Shown: piece by piece, positions 14,001-27,654 of the stretch
Layout of the letters: the number at the start of each line of letters is the position of its first letter
Numbering within the stretch: position 1 is the stretch's first letter
Assembly (NCBI RefSeq): GCF_040938485.1
Contig: NW_027271377.1
Location: 1 to 64,000 of the forward strand
From: Diadema antillarum
Taxonomy: Eukaryota
DNA: 64,000 nt
Reading direction: 5' to 3'
Notes under the pieces: generated by a model
Seen by the model: only the letters and a program-made list of their open reading frames with translations
Told to the model about the DNA's origin: nothing
Databases searched by the model: none
Program-made: the position numbers and the translations under genes

Positions 14001-17000
14001 AAATATTTGGCGTATACAGTATATCTGAGCCAGGGTGAGCCTTCCCACTCTATTGTATCCCCAAGCTACCGCATCTTTAAAGGACAAGTCCACCTTCATA
14101 TACATAAGGATTGAGAGAATGCATCAATATTAGTAGAACACATCAGTGACAGTTTGGGGGAAATCGGACAATCAGTTCAAAAGTTACGAATACTTTAAGT
14201 ATCTGCGCAGTCACTGCTGTAAGAGAAGACTACTACAGTGTATGATGTCACATGCGTACAACTATATAAGGAAAATAAAAAGAGAATTTTACAAAACTTC
14301 ACTTTTTGAATAAAGTGCACAGTTCTTCGACTTGCTACTGACGTATGTTAAGGGTAATATTATTCCCCCTGCCTTCTGAAAGAGAGAAGTCGAGTGTTCT
14401 TTTGTTATGCGAGAAAAATGGAAATATGTTGAATTTTCTTTATTCTTTCTTTATATCGTTGCACTCATGTGACATCACAAGCTATAGTAGTCTATTCATC
14501 CAGCCGTGACTGAGCAGAAACTTCAAAAATTCATAACTTTTTAACGGATTGTCCGATTTTGCTCAAACTCTCACTGATGTGTTCTACTAATATTGCTGCA
14601 TTCACTCAACCCACATGTCTATGAAGGTGAACTTGTCCTTTAAGATGTCACCTCATAAACTCTCCTTTACTCAGCTCCACCTAGCCTGATAAGGAATGCC
14701 TCTTGACATTTTCATGACAGGGCGGTCTCCGGCTTTCGACGAGCAGGGAAGCATCGAAAGCAAAGACTTACGAAAGACAAGGCAAACACCCACACACTGT
14801 CCATTCTGTCCTCCAGAAAGACAAGAAATTTGAACAGGCTGAAGTTGAGATCCCAGATGCTGGAGACTTATATTTGCAGTTTAAATACTGTTCGATACCC
14901 TCTTTACTCTTGCCCCACACTATTCAAATAACATGCTGTCATAGAATTCAGACACACATCCCCTCCCCCTACCCCCCCCCCCCCTCCGCATCTTCATGAC
15001 ATGTCATATTAGTGCAAATTAATTCAAAAAGGCATCAAAAGTCGAGCATTACGGAAGAAATTATATTTCATTTGCTTATAAAAATATAAATTGTTGACTG
15101 TAACATACATGTATCTGACATAATACCAACAAAATTCACTGGAAACATTTATGCCAAGTCAGTTTCATTGTACTTTACCTGTTGCTGGAATTTTGGTTAA
15201 CCCACTGAGGACAAGCTAATTCTGCTATAACACACATTTCCCATAGACACCTGGCTAAGTATACTCAGGACTAGTCTTCAACGGGTTAAAGAAAACAAGT
15301 CTGACTTACACTATGTCTTGAATTCAGAAAAGCGATGGGTCACCATTTTTTCGTCTGGTTTTTTGAATTCACAAGACATTCTATCTTGAATTATTTTACA
15401 GACTACAAGCTCTCAACGACAAAAGTGTTTTCAAAGACAGGTAACGAGATCAGAAATTTTTGAAGGATGGCACTTTCACATTAATGGAAATCATAATGGA
15501 AAGCTCATGTTGGGTCTTTCCTGCCACTTTGCAGTCTCTGTTCAGTCTGTTAGAAGTGAAGAAAGCTCCCCACAAATAATGTATTCTCCACGGAGGAACC
15601 GAGATTAAAAAAAATGTACTCATGCATGATGATGACGATGAATTTCTGGCCGACCGTGGCTTATGTGTCTTTTATGTCCTGGGGAAAAGAGAGCCGAAAT
15701 TCATGTATAAGTGGGAAGGATGTGCGCTCTTCACACATAGCTTTCCATGCATCCTGCTCGCTCCCACATCAAAGCCAATCAGCAATGCGGGAGCGGCCCT
15801 ATAGAGCTTGCATCACCATTGCATGCTCACTCTGTTGTCTGCATACAGCATCTCTAGATCCTTGTCCTGCTTGCTCTGAGCTCAAAATGCAGGGCCCTAA
15901 CAGCATGACTGATTTGTCTTTATTCACATGATGTGATCTCTCTCTCTCTCTAAAAAAAAAAAAAAGCAAAATGAAATAAACAAAAACCCACAAACAGCAT
16001 GTCTTCATGTTTGTGGTAAAGAACCACAAAGGGCCCTGATGCAAAAGTATGAGTTAATGTGTTACCAAAGTTTTAAAAGTTGTCTGGGTTGCAGAAACAC
16101 ATGTCTTGCATGCACTAGCACCCTTCAGACTAACTACACGTATGTGATGCGTTTCCAGAGCAGCAGTAGCACAGAGCATGTTTCCAGCTAAGACTTGCTC
16201 ACAAGCATCTTTCTCACAGTCAACATAAAAGACTTAACCACTATTGTTTTGTTGTTGTTGTTGTTGGGTTTTTTTTTTTTTGGGGGGGGGTAGGAGGTTT
16301 GACAATCAAAACTGCTGATTTTAGCGATAACCTAATTCAGCCAATCTCTTTGCGTGGTAGAGACAGATCTGTGAACATGGTTGTACTCTCATTGATGAAA
16401 TGTCATCCACTCAGAAAACTAGTTAACAGCAGCCCCTTGGGTCCAACGCAAGGAAAGTGCAGGGTAGCCGTCAACACCGCCGCAATCGGAACTATTCAAT
16501 GCGGGCGCAGCGGAGAAGCGCAGGAAGCCGCACTCCGCAAACCCTCTGAGGGTCATCTTCACTCTCCCTCACTTCCTCCACTCTGCAGCGAAGAGACAGA
16601 GCCCATCAGCCCACACCAGCGGACTGCGTGCATGGAGCAGATAAGCCGTATCTAGGGCCGCTCCACCTAGCACTCACCGGTCCATTTCGCCAGGAAGCTC
16701 TGATCAACCACGTTACTGCTTCGCCAAAGAGCTGATCGCAACAAGTCCCTACATGAAACTGTTTTCGTGGAATTTCAAATTTTAAAAGAACCTCCATCAT
16801 TCATTCATTCACTTATAGCGATTTTTTTTCCCCCACTGCATCAGTGGCTGATAAAGTTCACTGCAGCAAGTCCCTACATGAAAGTGTCTTGTATGAATTT
16901 CACTCCAAGAAACAATGCAGAGCGTTCACTTAATTTTGCATAGACACAGGAAATAAGTCCTACAGGTATTCAGTTGTCTTTACAGGTTTTACACCAAGGT

Positions 17001-20000
17001 GTGTGCCAATGCCTATACATGCCACAAGTCTTGTTTAATATCATGACCTAATTACAGCATAGAAAATTCTACTGCAGCTGGCTGAAATGACAGGAAACAA
17101 ATATTTCCCCGTTACCACAGCAACAGCTTCTTGAGGTAATTCTGACACTGCAGTTAAATGGCCTGTGTGTAGAGCAAAAAGTGGGTGTTACCTCGCCTGC
17201 ATCCTACTTAGCTAAAACTGTGTGCTATATATCAGTTCAAAATTAATTATTCATGACTATCTGGACACCCATATCGTAAAGAAGTGAAAACAGAGCAAGA
17301 TTTCAAGGAGCTAAATTTAAAGAAGAAATAATCTCAAACATTTTTTCGTTAGCCATTGTGCATGGTAGCAAGCATATTCTCATGAAATTTGGTGGTAATT
17401 TGAGAAAATGAGTAGAGAGTTATTACCTCGAAGATGCACAACTTGCAAAAGCCCCATTAAAGTGACTGCATTTAATGCATTTAATCAATACTGTCTTTTT
17501 TTTTTCTATACACACGAATGACCACTTTAAATGAATCAAAGTAGCTACAGGATATTTCATCACATCAGTTTTACACTATCAATGCGTAAACATCTGAGTA
17601 ATGCTGAACAAGGCGCCAGAAATTATCATTGAATGCACAGATTAGAAAATTGTTATTGACTGCCAGTCAAAATAAGATAGCTGGTCAAAACACAACTTTT
17701 TTTATCTTCCTACCAGGTTTTAGAGGCTTGCTTTCAGAATTTTCCTGCAACTATTGATCCTAGTGTTTTACGTAACAGGTTCAGCACAAAAGTCCATCAA
17801 AAAAATACTCCCTTCATACAAAAATGGGTTGATATCGCTCACAAATATCATCAGGCAAAACTAGGCCTACAAATACAACTGCAGCTGCATTAGAAATATT
17901 TCCAATCCAACTTGAATATGTGCAGCACTTTTTATCAAGCATTTTCCTTTCTATCACTGAAAGTCACTTACAAAAAGTTCAAAGACTTGTCAAAACCAAA
18001 AACCTAATGAAAAAAAAAGAGTAAAAGGATAGAAGAGATAGAGATAGGACCCAGTAAAACCCACACCACAAGCCAGGAAGTTGGATTAAGTTGGCCTGGG
18101 CTCTCTTCAACTCAAGCTATTAACTGCCAGGTTGCAGTTTACATGACCTAACAATACCCAGAGAGCCTGAAAGTCGTCAAGCATACATTGTACCCAAAAA
18201 CTTTTGCTGTGGGTTGGGTTCCTAATGTCCAATTTTCAAATCAAATCCACTTTCTACCCACCATAATATCCATATATGCATTTCATAAGATTGGCAAATA
18301 TTTTCTTTAAATCTTGTGTTTTTTTATCTGAGTATATGCTTCATTTATACAGTTCCTTGATTATTTCTTGTCTCTTGTGGCTAACCACTAGAGGGGACAA
18401 TCTTGATTAATTCTTCAAAAAGATACGCTCATAAAGCAATGTGTCAACTTGTCATACCACATCGAATCCAAGAGCAATGAACTGAACTCTGTGCACTTCC
18501 CTTCCAAAACAAGCTCTAACCTATCACTGAAATGTCCCTACCAGATACATGTACACAGCTCTGTATTACATTTGCGGATATCAATTCACAGCCTAGACTA
18601 GACGATAGAAAACTTCAATCTATATTCATTGCTTATCATCTTGATGAAAGAACAAAATAAAAAACAACAAAACAAAATACATGTGGTACTGATGAAATTT
18701 TTGGGACTGGCTCCTAGATATACTCACATATTCTTTGACATTTCTTGTCTTGACTGCCTTGTAGGAGTAGTACGCAGGGTAGAGGGTTCCAAACACCAGT
18801 CTGTGATGAGACAGAGAAGTAAGAGGAAATGATTAATCACACCATTCATTCCACACTAAACGAGCACTGAGAATGATTACAGGCTATTAGTATGTCCAGT
18901 CATCTCTACAGCAGAATTTCTCTAAGACATAAAGGCCCTGAATTCACGAAGGTGGTAGAATTGAAACCATTGTTTAAACCATGGACAATTTGTGTGGAGT
19001 GCCAAGTGTCATATGGCCTATTTCGTTACGAAATCAGTCATTTCGTCAATGAAATGGTCGACGAAATGTTCATTAACGAAATGATCATATCACGGATGAA
19101 ATATTGTCATTTCGTTACTAACGAAATAGGCCATGCGACACTTGGCGCTCCATACAAATTGTCCATGGTTTAAACCATGGTTTCAATTGTATGTCCTTAG
19201 TGAATTCGGGCCATAGTGTGTAGAACAAACATTTCATTGAATGCTATCTTATAAATCGTCTGCTAAGTACTGCAAACGTCCTTATTTTTGTGCAAAACAT
19301 ATTTGCAGGTTCTTAAATTTGCACAGCGCAATTGCTTGATAACATTCAGGTATGTTTTCATGAGATTCACATGATTTGATTTGATAATGTCATGCACGAA
19401 AATCAATGTAATAGTACTGTATACAAATAGTAAATGGTCATGAGTATGAGACGGTGCAAGACTTTGCTTGAGGTGAAAGACAGAGGCACTCTATTCAACG
19501 AGATGAAGTTGAGGTGGCACAGTCCGGTCAGTCGCACATGAAAGCGATTGGTTAAAATTGTGGGCAGTAAGACAAGTGTCTGAATGCGCGCTTGTAACTG
19601 TCGAGTGCGCATGGCAAAGGTTTATTTTATTGTGATGTCAGAAGCGCGCAATGGTGCAAAAACTATGAGTTGATTGTCAGTTTAACACTGGAGTCCATTT
19701 GAATTGGTGACACCAGCCACGCGCTATCCATTTTTGCTAAAACAGAATTGCTCCGCTCACCAGCGACAGCATGCAAAAACGTCAATACACCATACACTAG
19801 CATGCACACGCTAAGGTGAATGCAGGGTCCATATCTGATTTCATTGTTTTTGTTGATACATCTACCTTACTTTACTGACTCTCTCTGCATAAAGGAGACA
19901 CTGTTTATCTAATCAAATCTTCACTTTGAAATTTGTCTCAGATGTTCTAATGACAAAAAAATAACAACAGCACTAAAGCCAGCTTAAAGCCACTAGGATG

Positions 20001-22536
20001 GAGCAAAGTCAGCAAACCGGCCTTTCCAGTTCTGACTTGCCCCATCACGCACCCAATTGAAAAAAAAAAAAAAAAGTTTATGCCAGACAGAATCTGGGTT
20101 ACCCGGTTTCATTCTGGGTCTCCCCATTCCATTCTGGGTCTTGCCGGCGAAGAACTGGTATTGATTTCCTGGTGACTCTGCCTAAATGCAGTAACGTCAC
20201 CGGGACGAAAACCTTGTGATTTATGCAGACTTTACTTAAAGCTGTAAAACAACTCCCTCATGGCCTCATACAGCACTTGTAAACTTGTTACTGGTTGCTG
20301 TAAGCGATGGGGCAAAATCCAATTGTCAACAAAACAAGAGACTACAGGCACGAAATTAAAGCCAAGGTGGAGCGCTATAATGAAATCTTCCAAACTCATT
20401 GAGCGTAATAGTGCAGTGAATTTAGCGTATCACTGAGACCCGCACGACTCAGGAATAAGTAATGACTGGATACCGTGTCATGGCTCCACATTGTTTCAGT
20501 TGTGTGAAATTCCTAATCCCTCAAAAATGATCCTGTAACTTAAAGACACAAAAAAAAAAGGCAAGGAAAATGTTGCTTTATGCAGTTGAAAAACCTGACT
20601 TTCTCCAGACAAATCCACTGATATCATTTCCATGCTCAACAGTTTTCATTTCGTCATCAAGGAATCTTCGAGCTGAGTCCTCTTCCAGTGTAGGTGTGGA
20701 TGTCTTGAATTAAGTACACCTCCACACTGATTGAATGTCATAGCTTGGAACCTTCATTTCGAGGGCGGTTCGCCTGCCGCCCTTAAGTGAAAGACTTAAG
20801 TTCTATACTTGACCTCCAATAGGTAATGCGGCTTACAATACGAGAACTGGCCTTGAGGCTGATGTCCCCTTTTTTTTTGGACACATCACAAACATCCTTC
20901 AAACAGATTAACTCCCTAACCAATGTCATCATCACTATTTGTGATAAAAACAGGTTTTAAAGCTCACCCTTAACATCAGAATATCATAGAATATTTACAA
21001 CTGTCAATGGACTGCGGCCTTTGCAAGAACATGTGGGCAGTACTGCAACACTTTAATTCAACACCAAAGTTATGTTAGGGCAACTGCTATCTGCTTTGAG
21101 AACTAAAAGAATGGAAAGAGCTATTCATAGGATTTCAGAATTTATATCCAAATGAGATATACAGCCAGATATTCACAGAACAGGCAACATGCAAGTTTCT
21201 GATTGAATCACCACATTCACATGACAAGTATTTGGGGCAAAGTTGGACCATAAATACCACATACTTTCAGGTAGCTTCTACTTGTTTTTGCTACGACACT
21301 GTTTACAATTCTAGGACGCATTATTTATCTTCAGTAGATCTGAGATGACTGTGTATGTGTAGGCATCCTCTGTCCTTAATGTGTCCCACATGCATTTTGT
21401 GAGTCAGAGTCCAGCATACATGTACATAAAATATGAACAAGAGGAAAAACGTGTAAGAAGATGGAAAGAGTGGATTATCTCTACAACTAGCCCCAATATC
21501 TGGCAACCAGCAAGATGTTTGTTTGCAAGAAAACCGTCCTTCTCGTAAAAGCATGACAAAACTGAAGAAAAAGACAACCCAGAAAGAAAAAGGGGCATCC
21601 TGCCATTCAAAAATCAAGACGAGTTTATCGCTTTCCTGCGCTACATGCCATGGCAGCTGTGCCATCACATTAATGAAATGTGCATAGCTAAGCCTCCAGC
21701 GGTGCGGGGGAAACATGAATCACGTCACTCAAGACATCTCGGAGGCAAAGCAATACAGGGAGTCTGGATGAAGTTCAAATACACTACGAAGACTTACAAT
21801 AATAACACTGTGTGTGTGCTGCGCATATGCGTGCATGTCGTCAAACATTCATCCTTGAGACGGGGGGGGGGGGGGGGCAGGGGAGAAAACAAGATAAATA
21901 GGTACAGAAAGAAAGATAGTGGCAAAAGCAAGAGATATAGACAGACACACACAAAGAGAGAAAAAAAGACAGATTTTCTGGCCTCTCAAATCAATACCTG
22001 TCAATATTGCCCTGTGCAATACAACTCGACAAGTACGGCACAAATGGCAAAGGGACAGCTATGCCTTTTGATAATTGAATTGCTTTGATTCCTTGAAGGA
22101 AAAATCAGTAACAGGGATAATGCTAGACACTGCAATATGTCCAAATCATTTTCATGTCTGCCAAGAGTGAATTTGAACAAACAAAACCAAGCTCACATCT
22201 GAACCTCACTTCAAGATGTGCACACTTATTTCCAATGACATAAAGTCTTGTGATCATGATATTATCAAAACATCAACGGTGGTTGTTGTTGTTGTTGTTT
22301 TGAAGGAAATGAGTCTTGCCTAAAAGAAAGTAAGCAAACATCAACCTTTTCTCTAACATAAAAGATTACTTTCTTATCTTATAGCTGTTTTCAAGGACAC
22401 TGAGAAAAAATCATTTATACAGCAAACACGCAGCTGACTCCTCCAACGCAATGTATAAACTGACGCCTTATAAACTAATACAGCCATGGCATGATCCCAA
22501 AGCTTTTGACCTAAAACAATGGCTGGCTACAGCAAT

Positions 22537-22610
<74 letters not shown>

Positions 22611-25459
22611 ACATAGGTTTTATTCAATACAACCGTCATGAAGAACTTTTGGGGAAAAAATATATGTATTTGCTTGACAACTCTTGTTTACAATGTCATA
22701 ACTCTAGAAGGACATGAGGCACAAATATTGCTTATGTCAATAATCTCTCTCTCTGAGCCAATAGAGATCAAGGACATTTTTTTAATATTCCCAGCCGTCT
22801 CAAAACAACTTGTTGAAATAAATCCCCCCCCCCCCCCACAAAGTGAGAATTTGTTGACATCACCTGCCACACGATATCCTGAAGCCAGTGAAGTACTGGG
22901 TAATCCTCTCCGAGGGTTTGAGACCTTTGAAACTGACATGCATAACATTAATGTCAATTTTACTGCCTCAGTGACATTCAAAGGAAGTTACTGATTAGGC
23001 ACCCAGCATGGAAAGAAATCCCATGACGATCTTGGTTGGATGGAGAGATATTTGCCTTGTTCAAATCAAAACAGAAGAAAAATTTCTTATGTCCTGGAAG
23101 AAAAAAAAATGCAAAGAAATAATTGAACATATACACTAAAACAATATATTGCATGGGCATGGTCACTGATATAAAAACAAATATTCATACAGTATAATAA
23201 TAAGATTTTTTTGGCTATTAACTCTTTGTGCGCCACAATATTCTGAGATCATGAGGTACACGCACTTTTGGAAAACATTCTGTTTTTCAAAGCCAGGTAT
23301 TTTCTCACAGAGGCAATTACGCTATAAATGCAGTACAGCAAAGTTGTAGAGAAAAATGCAAGCTTTGCAGTGATGTCAATTTTATGACAAAACTATGGCT
23401 ATTATGATGTCTATGTACAGGGGCTTCTTGCGATTTATCGATGGTGTGTGCACGGTTGTGCGTTTCAGCAAAATAATTATGTGAAGTTGGCAAACCGTCG
23501 ACTGGAGTTGGACGTGCGAACAGAGCACACTAAGAGTTGAGGAGATCACTGTTCTCACATTTATACCAAAAGAAAATAATTATGAAACACAAACTTCCCC
23601 GAGTACATTACTGGACTAGAATGACTGCACAGTGCGGTTGAATGTCTCGGATTAAATCTCACATAAGAATTTAAAACAAAAGAACTTTCAAAAGTATTAC
23701 AAGTACATCGTATTTGATATATGGTATGATTGATGCCTCAATTCATGCAGATAGTATTAGAAATCGACAAAATCACAGCCGTCAAAGTCAGAGAGCATGG
23801 AATATGTATATCAATAGGTTGTTGCCAGCAGGCATGTGACATCTGTGCATCTTAATTCTTATCCAGGAAATCTCTGAGGGACACGGGAGATCAAGGAGAG
23901 TCTGGACTGAAGGCTACACTCCCCGCTGTTTACATTTTCAGTTGATAGGAATGTAATGGGCTTGCCCCAGACTGGCAATGATAAGGGATGATGACCCAGT
24001 ACTATCCTTTGTGAGCTTATGGGATAATAACCTACTTGCCTTCAGGCGGCACATTATGATGCTCAAAGAGGAACGGAGGGGAGGAGAGGGTATCTATCTC
24101 CTCTACACTCAGAAAAGGTTTCATGCTGGTAAAAAACCTTTCGGTGACAACATTAACAGCTTTTCTTAAGATGTACTCATTCTTTGCCGAATTAACCCAA
24201 CAGTTCCTGGCATTAAACATTCAGCTGGCCAAAGTTTAGCTCCAGTTTCTTACCAATTCCTGCTATCATCATCACCATGGATACAATCTTGAAGGGATGA
24301 TAATTTCCCCATACATTTCTCCTCCTTGAGATGATAATAACACTGTATCCTCCTTGAGCCACTGGTGCCTGTTTAAACTGACCAGCCTGTGAATGTTAGC
24401 ATGCACCCAACTTATAAAGGCAGTTTCTAGAAAACTCGTTTTGATAAGATGTCTATTATCAAACATGTATCTTCACGTCTCAATTCTATGGCTAGACTTC
24501 GTTTACACAAGCATGAGCTGTTGCTATGTTGCTTGGAGTAAGATGCAATTTAAAGACCTTGGGGGTTCCTTGTAGTTGCTATGAATGACATTTGAGAAAT
24601 GGAGCTTGTAACACAACAACCACTGAATGAAATGTTTTTTAGCAGATGGGAGTCAGCAAAGAGACTTATTTCGGTGTCTGAACACCAAGGGCCTTTTCAG
24701 ACGAATCAACTTCTAATATTTACATAACGTATGGATATACGATGTATTGATATGCATCCATTCAGACGCAGCGCCCCGTTATTCGATAATCATATGGGAG
24801 CATTCAGACGTCGCACTCAGTTGCACACTTTCGTGGGAAGTTCAACTGGATGTACGGGTACAAAGTTTGTGCAGGCTTTCTGCTTTGTGTCTATACTTTG
24901 TGCTGGACTCGTCTATCGTAGAGGGCGGGCCCTAAGCCTTGTTGCCAATAAGCCCCGCCCACTTATTGTACATATGGATAGGTGAGAGCTTTCAGATTAA
25001 AAAAAAAAAAAGTCATATGGATATAGCATAATCATACAAAACGTTGGTCAAAACATTGCTTTGAAATATTTGCTGTATTGAAACAACGTATTGATATGAG
25101 GGCATTCAGATAGGAAAAAAAAAAACATCCTATATCTATACAAGAGCTCTCTCGTCTGAAAGGGGGGAGGGGTCAGTCCCACTTTTAGAACACTTCACAA
25201 AAATATATAAGAGCAAACATATTCTTACACAAGTGTGAAATGCCTCTCTCTCTCTCTCTTTCTGAACCCTAAACGACAGGCATTGTATACCTCTCAGTCA
25301 TCACGGCATTCCATCAAACCCTGGGCCCTCCTCTTCTCTGAAAGGTAGATGGCTGGTTTGACATTACAGTCTCATTCATCTTCCCTATTGATTATGATCC
25401 CACCAGGTGTTGGGCCCTGTCCATCCCCGTGACATATGAACACACTCACAGATATACAG

Positions 25460-25546
<87 letters not shown>

Positions 25547-27623
25547 TGCACGCTTGTCTACGCTTATGTCTACCCATGGAGCCTGTTAGTAGCTCCATGG
25601 TCTACCCCAAGCTACGACTGTGAACTCATCGTCACCTTCGGGCACCTTTGCAATTTGATCATCTATCGCCGATGACTGGGCTTGAAACAATCTTCCTGTA
25701 ATTATAATTAATTTGGACAAAGGGCCGCCAGGACCTGTCGTCATCCTTGGTAAGCTTACATCCAGTTTTGAATGGCAAACGAAAAGACCTGGCCCTTAGT
25801 GTGAGTCCATTCAAGAAGACTTGGTCTCTAAATTGGATCAGTCTTTCCACCTCCCTGATTGGATTCACTGAATTTTCATTTGAACAAATCACTTGAACAC
25901 AAGCAATGAAAGAACCACACTTCAATTATCACGCAAACGACAGCTTTGAATTTTGAACATAGACAAGATACATGTGAAAAAAGAAAACACATTAGGGTAT
26001 AATAAGACTACTTAATAATAGGAACTTTCACTGACAATGTGCCCTAGGACAAGAGCTTTGTTGATGCTGTATCTTTCAGCACAAGACAATAAATGTATAA
26101 CTTTCCTCCATTGTATGTTGTACTACTGGCATCACATTTCCTAATGAATTTTCTCTTTGCATGCCAAGCACATTCATATACACCGCAGAAGGCAAATCAT
26201 CACGAGGGTTTAAAAAAGGAATGAAGCTGGACTGATTTTCACATAGTGATGAGCATCGCAATGGATAAAATCTTTTGGTACGTTCACATGCAAGAATTAC
26301 TAGTTTTGGCATCAAGTGACAAGTAAAAATCAATTTTGGACAAACATTTATTTTGGGTGTGTATAAATGCAGCTAAAGTGAATGACAAACCACTAGGCAG
26401 GGTGGTCCACGAGGGGTTTTAGCATGTCGCTGCAACATGCTAAAATTCTTGTGCAACATCCTAAAAAGCCAGCAACATGCTATGCAACATCCTTAAGAAT
26501 TTGCAACAAGCTCAAAGTAAAAGTATTAAAAAATGTGCAAAACATGTGCATAACATAAGAAACATCAAACTACCAGGTACTTTAGATATTTGTGTGCAAA
26601 ACATGAGAGAGAACATTGAATGTAAGCAGCACAAAGAGAGGTACAATGTAAGCAGCAAAATATTGCGTACTACGTACTCATCGTGTGCGCTCCGCACATA
26701 TTCAATTTCTGCAATATTCTCAGATTCTGAGCTTGCAACATGCTAAAATTTCAAGTTGTGGACCACCCTGCACTAGGTGTAAAGGAAAGTGAATTTGCTC
26801 ACTGGTTTTACACAATTGCCCCCGATAAATTCAGAAGAGTTGGAAAACAAGTTATCTTTCTTCCATTAAGCAGGGCTCCTGCTTAAACGGTGGCTGGTAT
26901 TGATGCATGCAAATCATTTAATATCCCACTATATACAAATGCTAGCATAATTCCACACTATTGTGCTGTCCTACTGCCCAGCGGCAAATGTTCAGGCTCT
27001 GCAATTGGCATAACCTATGAAGGATTTGTTAGAAATGACCATTCCATTCAGGAAATGAACCCCTGTGATTATATCTCTGGATTTAGTTATCATTTTCAGA
27101 CTCTAATCAAGGACAATGGACGTGATGCAGTCAAAATACGTCTCAAAAAATCAGGTTGCCAGTTCCGATAAAGGGGTCTTGGGCAATTAATTACCCCCTG
27201 GGCAATTACCCCAGACCCTTCCCCTGACCCTAACCCTAACCCTAATCCTGAACCTAATCCTAACCCTAACCAAAACTCTAACCCTAACTCTAGTCTTTAC
27301 TCTAACATTATCACTAACCAGTATTAATAAAGCTATAAGAATAGCATACATGAAAAAAAAAATTACACTAAATGTCTTTGCACATAGGTGGTGGTCCTGC
27401 CATTGAGTCTTGATTAACAGATGGGAATTATATTGTTTTATTTTTAAATGTGACATTGAATGTCCAAGTTGCATTTAGGTGGCGATCTCTCTAAAGCAGT
27501 TTGCGATTATCGGGCGAGTACTATACTCTCAAACTGTGCATATAATTATGTTGACGAGTTATATATGTGCACTTGCAAAATTCCTACATAGATTATCTCT
27601 CTCCATCTCTCGCTCCCTCCATT

Positions 27624-27654
<31 letters not shown>

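Noticed and set aside
25574-25600. 9-bp-stem hairpin next to (CA)n, also one at about 20765-20787
   Set aside because: Too short for a pre-miRNA, and no Helitron-type CTRR end follows.
25659-25925. 88-aa minus-strand ORF with protein-like composition
   Set aside because: No splice signals fitting REEP phases and no recognisable domain.
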